Assembly: GCF_036387835.1 (NCBI RefSeq)
Contig: NZ_DASVSY010000065.1
Location: 12,322 to 76,321, forward strand
Origin: Hymenobacter sp.
GTDB lineage: Bacteria > Bacteroidota > Bacteroidia > Cytophagales > Hymenobacteraceae
Direction: 5' to 3'
Length of the DNA: 64,000 nucleotides
Shown here: piece by piece, positions 54,900-62,023 of the stretch
Numbering within the stretch: the first letter of the stretch is position 1
Layout: each line of letters begins with the position of its first letter
Notes under the pieces: model-generated
Told to the model about the DNA's origin: nothing
Databases searched by the model: none
Seen by the model: the letters and a program-made list of their open reading frames with translations, nothing else
Program-made: the position numbers and the translations under genes

Positions 54900-56037
54900 G
54901 CTACTTGCTGCCACGGCTACCCTCGGCTTGGCCTTGACTGTGCTACTGCCGCCGCCCGCGCCACTGTGGGCTCACGACGGCGTAGACCACGGGGCCATCG
55001 CCCAACCAAACGCTGGCGTCGCTATGACCGATGCCGTGATGTTGCCTAAGGAAAGCCAGTTTCTGTTTGGCGTACGGACGGCCCTGGCCGGGTACTCCGC
55101 CACCTACAACCGCCTGACCTTATACGGCACCGTGTCCGCCGCCAATGGGGGCGAAGGCCGGGTAGTGGTACCCCAAACCGGCCGCATTGTGAGCTTGGCC
55201 GCACGAGTAGGCCAGGCGGTACGCGCCGGCCAAGTGCTGGCCGTTGTCGATCAAACGCTGGATGCCACGCAGCAAATTGGCCTCGCCACAGAGCGGGCCA
55301 ATACCCAAGCTGAGCTACGCGCCGCTCAACAAGACTACGCCCGCCTGCAAACCATCGCCGACATTGCTGCCCGTAAAGACGTGGTAGCCGCCGAGTTGCG
55401 CTTGCGCCAGGCCCGGCAAAATGCGGCCATCCTCAACGGCCAAGCCCGCACCCGCCGCGTGAGCATCACGTCCCCCATCAGCGGCAGCGTGGATGTGTTT
55501 ACTCTGGCTGTGGGGCAGCAAGTCAGCCAGGGGGACGAATTGTTCCGGGTGCTGAACCCTGGCAAGTTGCGCGTGGAAGCGCAGGTGTTTGCCCAAGACC
55601 TGGAGAAGCTTCCCGCCAATGCGCAGTTCATGATCGAAGGCCTCCAAGGCCAGCAGGGCAATGCGCCGGCGCGGCTAGTGGTGTTCAGCAACGCCGTCAA
55701 CCCCGTGAACCAAGCGCGCCAATTGATTCTGGAGCTGGATAACGCGGGCAGCAACCTGTTTCGGGCCGGGCAGGCCGTGAACGTACAAGTAATGGGCACT
55801 AGCGGCAGTGGTAGCGGCAAGAAGGAGCTGGTCGTGCCCACCTCGGCCCTCACCGACCTCAACGGCAAGCCCGTGGTGTTTGTGCACACCGCCCCCGAAA
55901 CCTTTAAAATCTGCTACGTGCAGCCCGGCTCAGCCAATGGTCAGCAGACTGTGCTGCTCGCCGGAGATGTCAATGAAAACGACCGGGTGGTGAGCGTAGG
56001 TACCTACCAGCTCAAGTCCATCTATCTGAATCAGTAG
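54883..56037 (+). CDS. efflux RND periplasmic adaptor subunit (CzcB/CusB-like)
   Basis: The ATG at 54883 (MKTKHKLLAATATLG) overlaps the upstream gene by 17 nt. It has barrel-sandwich/hairpin features (GQVLAVVD, coiled-coil AELRAAQQDYARLQ, ITSPISGSV). Confidence 0.85.
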   Translation: MKTKHKLLAATATLGLALTVLLPPPAPLWAHDGVDHGAIAQPNAGVAMTDAVMLPKESQFLFGVRTALAGYSATYNRLTLYGTVSAANGGEGRVVVPQTGRIVSLAARVGQAVRAGQVLAVVDQTLDATQQIGLATERANTQAELRAAQQDYARLQTIADIAARKDVVAAELRLRQARQNAAILNGQARTRRVSITSPISGSVDVFTLAVGQQVSQGDELFRVLNPGKLRVEAQVFAQDLEKLPANAQFMIEGLQGQQGNAPARLVVFSNAVNPVNQARQLILELDNAGSNLFRAGQAVNVQVMGTSGSGSGKKELVVPTSALTDLNGKPVVFVHTAPETFKICYVQPGSANGQQTVLLAGDVNENDRVVSVGTYQLKSIYLNQ

Positions 56038-56067
56038 TAGTTGGCGCATCTTCTGCCAGTACACGCT

Positions 56068-56169
56068 GTAGAGACGCGACACTTCGCGTCTCGTCGTTGA
56101 ACGACCAACCTAGCACAGTTCAGGTAAACAACCTCAGCAACGCCGAGACGCGAAGTGTCGCGTCTCTAC
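56068..56169 (+). repeat. MITE/REP-like element, best-preserved copy (102 bp)
   Basis: The 25-nt termini GTAGAGACGCGACACTTCGCGTCTC (56068-92) and GAGACGCGAAGTGTCGCGTCTCTAC (56145-69) are exact reverse complements of each other. Each is also a hairpin on its own (GAGACGCGA/TCGCGTCTC). The 52-nt core is GTCGTTGAACGACCAACCTAGCACAGTTCAGGTAAACAACCTCAGCAACGCC. Confidence 0.85.
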
Positions 56170-56203
56170 ACCCCGAACCCCACCAGCTGACAGCTCCCAC
56201 ACC

Positions 56204-59200
56204 ATGCTTGATAAAATCATCCGCTTTGCCTTGCAAAACCGCCTGCTTATGCTGGCCCTCGCCCTAGGCTTACTGGTTGCGGGCTCCTACACGGCCCGTC
56301 AGCTGCCTGTGGACGTGCTGCCTGACCTTGACCGGCCCCGGGTAACGGTGTTCCTGGAAGCGGCGGGCATGGCACCTGAGGAGGTGGAAGCACTGGTAAC
56401 GCTGCCCGTCGAAACGGCGCTGAACGGCGCTACGGGCGTGTCGGCGGTACGCTCCAACTCCGCTATTGGGTTGGGCATGGTGTTCGTGGAGTTCGACTAC
56501 GGCACCGACATTTTCACCGCCCGCCAGATTGTGGCGGAAAAGCTACAAACCGTAGGCGAACAACTACCCATCGGCGTCACTCCAGTGCTCGGGCCAATTT
56601 CGTCGGTGATGGGGCAGATTATGCTGGTGGGACTGTCGTCGATTAACAGTGAACAATCAACAGTTAACAATTCGTCTGGTGCCTCCTCTCCACGGGAGAG
56701 GGGGCCGGGGGAGGCTGCCACCCGTGAGAACGATCAACTACCTACCACCCCCGCCGACCTGCGCACTTTGGCCAACTACACCGTGCGCCAGCGCCTGCTT
56801 AGCATCCCCGGCGTAGCGCAAGTCATTCCCATCGGCGGCGACAATTTGCAGTACCAGGTGCTGCTGGACATGCCGCGCCTGAATGCTGTGGGTTTGACGA
56901 TTACGCAGGTGGAAGAGGTCCTGCGCCGCTCCAACCTCAACACCACCGGCAACTTCTTCGACCGCAACGGCTCGGAAGTACTGATCCGCAACCTAGGCCG
57001 CTTGCGCTCTGTCTCGGACATCGAAAACATCATTGTGGGCTACCGCGAAGGCTCGCCCATCACCATTAAGCAGGTAGCTAACGTGGAGTTTGGGGTCCGT
57101 TTCAAGCGGGGAGATGGTAGCGTGAACGGCAAGCCGGCCGTCATTCTGAGCATCGAAAAGCAGCCTGGCACTGCCACTGTAGGGCTAACGCAGGCTGTGG
57201 AAAAAGCGCTGGTCGAGCTACAGCCTTCGTTGCCGAAAGACGTGCAAATCAACACGCGCTTATTTAAGCAGGCTGATTTCATTGAGTCCTCGATCAGCAA
57301 TGTGGAAGACGCCCTGCGCGACGGGGCTATTCTGGTGGTGATTGTGCTGTTTGCTTTCCTGCTGAACGTGCGCACCACTTTTATTTCCTTGGTAGCCATT
57401 CCGCTCTCGTTGCTTGTGACGGCGCTGGTATTCCGGGCCGCTGGCATCAGCATCAACACCATGACTTTGGGCGGACTGGCCATTGCCATCGGCGAACTGG
57501 TGGACGACGCCATTGTGGACGTGGAAAACGTGTTCCGGCGGCTGCGCGAAAATCAGCAGTTGTCTACTCCTAAACCGGCGTTGCAAGTCATTTACGCGGC
57601 CTCGTCGGAAGTGCGCAATTCTATTGTGTATGCCACCGTCATCGTGGTGCTGGTGTTCTTGCCGTTGTTCGCCCTCGAAGGCATGGAAGGCCGCATTTTC
57701 GCCCCGCTCGGCATTGCCTACATCACCAGCATCGTGGCCTCGCTGTTCGTTTCCCTAACCGTGACGCCGGTGCTGTGTTATTACCTGTTGCCTGAAATCA
57801 AACAGATTCGGCAGGCCGAGCAGGAGGGAGGTTTGGTACGTTGGCTGAAACGCCGGGATACTGGCCTACTGAATTGGGGGCTTACTCACCCGAAGGTGGT
57901 GCTGACCGTCACGGGCGGGCTGTTCGTGTTGGCGGCGGCGCTGGTGCCCTTCTTTGGCACCGAGTTTCTGCCTCCGTTCAACGAAGGCTCCCTGACCGTC
58001 AACTTCTCGGCGCCGGCCGGCACCTCCCTCACCGAATCCAACAAGCTAGGCACGCTCGGCGAGGAGCAGATTTTGCAGCTGCCGGAAGTTGCCTACACCG
58101 CCCGCCGTACCGGCCGTGCCGAACTCGACGAGCACGCCGAATCAGTAAATAACTCGGAAATTGAAGTGGCTTTCAAAACCGAAGACGAGTTAAAGAAGGA
58201 AGGCCGAACCATGCGTAGCCGCGACGAAATCCTGACCGATCTGCGCCAGCGGCTAGCCCTGATAACGGGCGTGAACGTGAACATCGGGCAGCCTATTTCC
58301 CACCGCCTCGACCACCTGCTCAGCGGTGTGCGGGCCCAAGTCGCCATCAAAGTATTCGGCAACGACCTGCTGGAGCTGCGTCGCTACGCCAACGAAGTAC
58401 GCGCCGCGGCCAGCACCGTGCCCGGCGTAGTGGACCTGCAAGTGGAAAAGCAAGTTCAGATTCCGCAACTGCTGGTGCGCCCCCGCGACGCGGCCTTGCG
58501 GGCCTACGGCCTAGAGCGTGGCCAAGTGGTAGCCACCCTGGAAACCCTGTTTCAAGGCGACGTGGTGTCGCAGATGCTCGACGGGCAGAAGCGTTTCGAC
58601 CTGATTGTGAAGCTGCCCGAAAATCAGCGCAACGACGTGACGACCATCGCCAACACCCGCATCGAAACCCCCTCCGGCGCCCTGATTCCGGTGAGTGAGG
58701 TGGCCGACGTGAGCTACGAGCCAGGTCCGAATACTGTTAACCACGAAAACACGCAGCGCCGCATTACGGTCTCGCTGAACGTAACTGGCCGTGACTTAGG
58801 CTCCACGGTGCAGGAAGTGCAGGCTCGCATAGGGCAACAAGTGAAGCTGCCGCCCGGCTACTACCTCACCTACGGCGGGCAGTTCGAGAGCCAGCAATCG
58901 GCTTCCAGCAAGATTCTTTGGCTGAGTTTGTTTTCCCTGGCGGGTATCTTTCTGGTGTTGTTCTCGCACTTCAAGTCGCCGCTGATGGTGGGCCAGATTA
59001 TGCTCAATATCCCACTGGCGCTGATTGGCTCGGTGGTGGCCGTGCTGCTTACGGGCGGCACATTTAGCATTGCCTCGCTGGTAGGCTTCATCACCCTCAC
59101 CGGCATTGCCTCGCGCAACGGCATCATGATGATTTCGCACTACATCCACCTGGTGGAGCACGAGGGCGAGAAATTCGGCAAGGAAATGATAATTCGCGGC

Positions 59201-59518
59201 TCGTTGGAACGGCTGGTGCCGGTGCTGATGACGGCATTAGTAGCGGCTCTGGCCTTAGTGCCGCTCACGCTGGCCAAGGATGCGCCCGGCAAGGAAATCC
59301 TGTACCCCGTGGCCACCGTGATTCTAGGCGGCCTGCTCTCGTCCACCTTCCTCGACATCATCGTGACGCCGGTGGTGTTCTGGCTGTTCGGCGAAAAAGC
59401 GCTGGCTCAGTACCAGCGCGGCCACCATGAGGTAAGCTTGGATTCGCGCCCCCAAGAACTGGACGCCCAACCTCTAACGCCAGCTTCTGATTTGACCCCG
59501 GCGCGGCCACTAATTTAA
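56204..59518 (+). CDS. efflux RND permease, CusA/CzcA heavy-metal family
   Basis: 1104 aa with an ATG start. MLDKIIRFALQNRLLMLALAL, 12-TM RND topology, AIGELVDDAIVDVENVFRR and GIASRNGIMMISHY are family hallmarks. It contains an extra low-complexity insert at 56635-56740. Confidence 0.9.
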   Translation: MLDKIIRFALQNRLLMLALALGLLVAGSYTARQLPVDVLPDLDRPRVTVFLEAAGMAPEEVEALVTLPVETALNGATGVSAVRSNSAIGLGMVFVEFDYGTDIFTARQIVAEKLQTVGEQLPIGVTPVLGPISSVMGQIMLVGLSSINSEQSTVNNSSGASSPRERGPGEAATRENDQLPTTPADLRTLANYTVRQRLLSIPGVAQVIPIGGDNLQYQVLLDMPRLNAVGLTITQVEEVLRRSNLNTTGNFFDRNGSEVLIRNLGRLRSVSDIENIIVGYREGSPITIKQVANVEFGVRFKRGDGSVNGKPAVILSIEKQPGTATVGLTQAVEKALVELQPSLPKDVQINTRLFKQADFIESSISNVEDALRDGAILVVIVLFAFLLNVRTTFISLVAIPLSLLVTALVFRAAGISINTMTLGGLAIAIGELVDDAIVDVENVFRRLRENQQLSTPKPALQVIYAASSEVRNSIVYATVIVVLVFLPLFALEGMEGRIFAPLGIAYITSIVASLFVSLTVTPVLCYYLLPEIKQIRQAEQEGGLVRWLKRRDTGLLNWGLTHPKVVLTVTGGLFVLAAALVPFFGTEFLPPFNEGSLTVNFSAPAGTSLTESNKLGTLGEEQILQLPEVAYTARRTGRAELDEHAESVNNSEIEVAFKTEDELKKEGRTMRSRDEILTDLRQRLALITGVNVNIGQPISHRLDHLLSGVRAQVAIKVFGNDLLELRRYANEVRAAASTVPGVVDLQVEKQVQIPQLLVRPRDAALRAYGLERGQVVATLETLFQGDVVSQMLDGQKRFDLIVKLPENQRNDVTTIANTRIETPSGALIPVSEVADVSYEPGPNTVNHENTQRRITVSLNVTGRDLGSTVQEVQARIGQQVKLPPGYYLTYGGQFESQQSASSKILWLSLFSLAGIFLVLFSHFKSPLMVGQIMLNIPLALIGSVVAVLLTGGTFSIASLVGFITLTGIASRNGIMMISHYIHLVEHEGEKFGKEMIIRGSLERLVPVLMTALVAALALVPLTLAKDAPGKEILYPVATVILGGLLSSTFLDIIVTPVVFWLFGEKALAQYQRGHHEVSLDSRPQELDAQPLTPASDLTPARPLI

Positions 59519-59579
59519 AGTTGTTTGGGCTACCGTGAGCACTTATTTAAGCTTATGCTACAGAAGCCAGGTAGAGCTG

Positions 59580-60533
59580 CTACGCCCTTGGAGCCGTAAG
59601 CTTGGAAAAGCCAGCTACGAACCGGTTAAATGGTTTGCTTTTAGCAAGCAGTAACTGCATCAGCCCCATTCCCAACAAAGCAGTGCAAACACCCGCCACT
59701 ACGTCGAGCACGTAATGGTGGCTGGTGTAAACCGCTGCAAACCAGATGCCGGCCATGATAACCCCGAAAATCTGAACGAATACGCCCGAGTTATTGCGGA
59801 TAGCATAGTACAGCACGATTACCGGATACGCGGAGTGCAACGAAGGCATGGCCGCGAAGATGTTGGAGTTTTTGGCGTAGATGGAGGCAAACACATTGAC
59901 GCCAAACAGTGCATCAAACCTCGAAAGCCCCGCCGTGCTGCCCATCGTCAGGGGTTGAAACGCGAAGCCGTGCTGCTGCACGTACCACGGCGGCGCGGCC
60001 GGGTGCAGGTAATATACCGTAAAGCCGAACAAATTTACCAGCAGAAAGGTCAGGGAGAATTCAAAAAACAACGGCCGGTTCTTGAAGAACAAATACCCCG
60101 CAAAAGCCAGCGGCACCGGCACCCAGCACAAGTAGAAAATGCCGCACACCACATCCAGCAAAGCATTGTGATTGATCAGCCAAAACTCGTTCGGCGTCAG
60201 TGACTTGCCTTGGAACGGAATGCCAAACAAGAGCTTTTCGGCATGGTAGAGTGGCTCGATGTCCACTGCCCGGTAGTTGTAGTTCGGGAAGGCCTTCATG
60301 TAGTCGTACAGAATCCAGAAGACTACGAAGATGGAGAAGCCGGTGATAAAGCGCCGCGTGGTATCCGACAAGAAATAGCACGCATTGCAAAGCCCCACCA
60401 GCACCAGCTGTTCCGGCCGAAAGCCAATCAATACGTACGATAACAACAGGTACGCACCTGATAAAAGCAAAACGAGCAAGCTGCCTTTCCGGCTGGTGTT
60501 CAATGTGTTGGTTCCTGGCAAAGAAGCGGGCAT
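59580..60533 (-). CDS. PAP2-superfamily membrane protein (AUR1/inositol-phosphorylceramide-synthase-like)
   Basis: 317-aa polytopic protein. AAMPSLHSAYP and YTSHHYVLDVVAG correspond to the C2/C3 His/Asp motifs of PAP2_C-type lipid phosphotransferases. Confidence 0.6.
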   Translation of the reverse strand: MPASLPGTNTLNTSRKGSLLVLLLSGAYLLLSYVLIGFRPEQLVLVGLCNACYFLSDTTRRFITGFSIFVVFWILYDYMKAFPNYNYRAVDIEPLYHAEKLLFGIPFQGKSLTPNEFWLINHNALLDVVCGIFYLCWVPVPLAFAGYLFFKNRPLFFEFSLTFLLVNLFGFTVYYLHPAAPPWYVQQHGFAFQPLTMGSTAGLSRFDALFGVNVFASIYAKNSNIFAAMPSLHSAYPVIVLYYAIRNNSGVFVQIFGVIMAGIWFAAVYTSHHYVLDVVAGVCTALLGMGLMQLLLAKSKPFNRFVAGFSKLTAPRA

Positions 60534-60590
60534 TGAGGTAAGCTAAACTTCAGAATGCTTAGGCACTAGTGGCAGCTGGCCACAGCGCCG

Positions 60591-61874
60591 CTACACATTA
60601 AACCGCCGTACTATCGGCTCGCGCGTAGTGGGGTTCCACCCGGTCAGTTCCACGTATTTGACATTGGGCACCCAGAACGTACCGCCTTCGATGCGCAAAA
60701 AAATACGGTCGAGCACCATTTGTTGGTTGGCAACGGTGGTATACACATGAAACGCCTTGTCGGTGCTGGACCGCATCAGGTAGAAGCGGATTTTGCCGTA
60801 GGCGAAAAACTTCAGCTCGTACTTTTCGGGGGCCAGCTTTTTAGCATTGACGCCGTAGGCGAATTTGCGTTGAATGAAATCCAGGTTCTGGCGCTGGCCT
60901 TGCTCTCCGTAGCGTATCCAGAAGATGCGAATGGGCTCGTCTTCATCTAGTTTGCCGGCCCCATTCACGTTGAGCTGATAAATAACCGTGTTTGTGTTGG
61001 GGTCGCGCTGCAAGTAGAATAGCTGGTTGGCAATGCCCTTCGGAACAGGAAAGGTGGGGTCGGGTAGCGGGAAGGTTGCGCTCCAGCTTGCTTGTGCGAG
61101 CAAAGCCCCCGTAGCCAGCAGCAGAATAGTAGCCGCCACCTTTTTGGCTGCTGCCGGCGGCGCCGAAGCTGCTTTTAATTCCAGCCCTTTCTTGGCTTGC
61201 AGCAGCCGGGAAACCGCCGTAATGTTCGACAATACGGCCAGCACAGTGATGGGCAATGTGAAGATGGACATCGTTTCGAATACGTGGAACGGCACACCGG
61301 GCACGAACAATTTGTAGTCGTCGCCGAGGAAGGCGGAGCTGATGCCGCAAACCAGCGCACTGACGCCTAGTAGCACCACCCGCTCGGGGCGTTGCATCAG
61401 CCCGCCGCTGCATTCTATTCCCAATCCTTCAGCCCGGGCCCGCGTGTAGCTCACCATCATCGACCCAATTAGGGCGATGAAAGCAAACAATGAGCTAAGG
61501 AAGTAATGATGCGCTACCAGATAGTAGCAGATACCCAAAAACGTGAACAGCTCGCTGTAGCGGTCCAACACCGAGTCGAAGAGGGCGCCGTAGTCACTTT
61601 TCATGTTGCCGAGCCGGGCCACCTGGCCGTCTAGCATATCAAAAAGGCCTGCAAACAAGATCAAAGCCCCACCCCAGCCCACGTAGCGCAAGTCGCCGCG
61701 GTTACCTTCCTCTGCCCCAATAATAAAGAGCACGGCCACCCCGATATTGAGTAGCATCCCGGTAAGGGTAACTCCATTAGGCGTAAAGCCGATTTTGATA
61801 AGCAGCCTAACAAAAGGATTTATAACCTTATAAATGCCTTGTTGGAGCGCGTTGCGGAGGATGGTTGCGTTCAT
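60591..61874 (-). CDS. CDP-alcohol phosphatidyltransferase fused to a C-terminal DUF4833 domain
   Basis: The ATG is at 61874 (MNATILRN). It has an exact CDP-alcohol motif D-MLDG-QVAR-x8-G-x3-D-x3-D (FDMLDGQVARLGNMKSDYGALFDSVLDR). After the TM region there is a soluble beta-rich domain (LFYLQRDPNTNTVIYQLN ... WVPNVKYVELTGW) resembling DUF4833. Confidence 0.75.
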   Translation of the reverse strand: MNATILRNALQQGIYKVINPFVRLLIKIGFTPNGVTLTGMLLNIGVAVLFIIGAEEGNRGDLRYVGWGGALILFAGLFDMLDGQVARLGNMKSDYGALFDSVLDRYSELFTFLGICYYLVAHHYFLSSLFAFIALIGSMMVSYTRARAEGLGIECSGGLMQRPERVVLLGVSALVCGISSAFLGDDYKLFVPGVPFHVFETMSIFTLPITVLAVLSNITAVSRLLQAKKGLELKAASAPPAAAKKVAATILLLATGALLAQASWSATFPLPDPTFPVPKGIANQLFYLQRDPNTNTVIYQLNVNGAGKLDEDEPIRIFWIRYGEQGQRQNLDFIQRKFAYGVNAKKLAPEKYELKFFAYGKIRFYLMRSSTDKAFHVYTTVANQQMVLDRIFLRIEGGTFWVPNVKYVELTGWNPTTREPIVRRFNV

Positions 61875-62023
61875 GTAGTGAGTGGCAGCAGGCGAGTAGG
61901 AGGCAAGCAGGAAGAAGGGGCAATGGGTAATAAAATGGTGCAAAGAAGGCTTTGCAATCAGACTGTGCTAGCGTTTCCAGACATGACGTGGTTGTCCTTG
62001 AATCAATATTGAAGTCTTATTGC

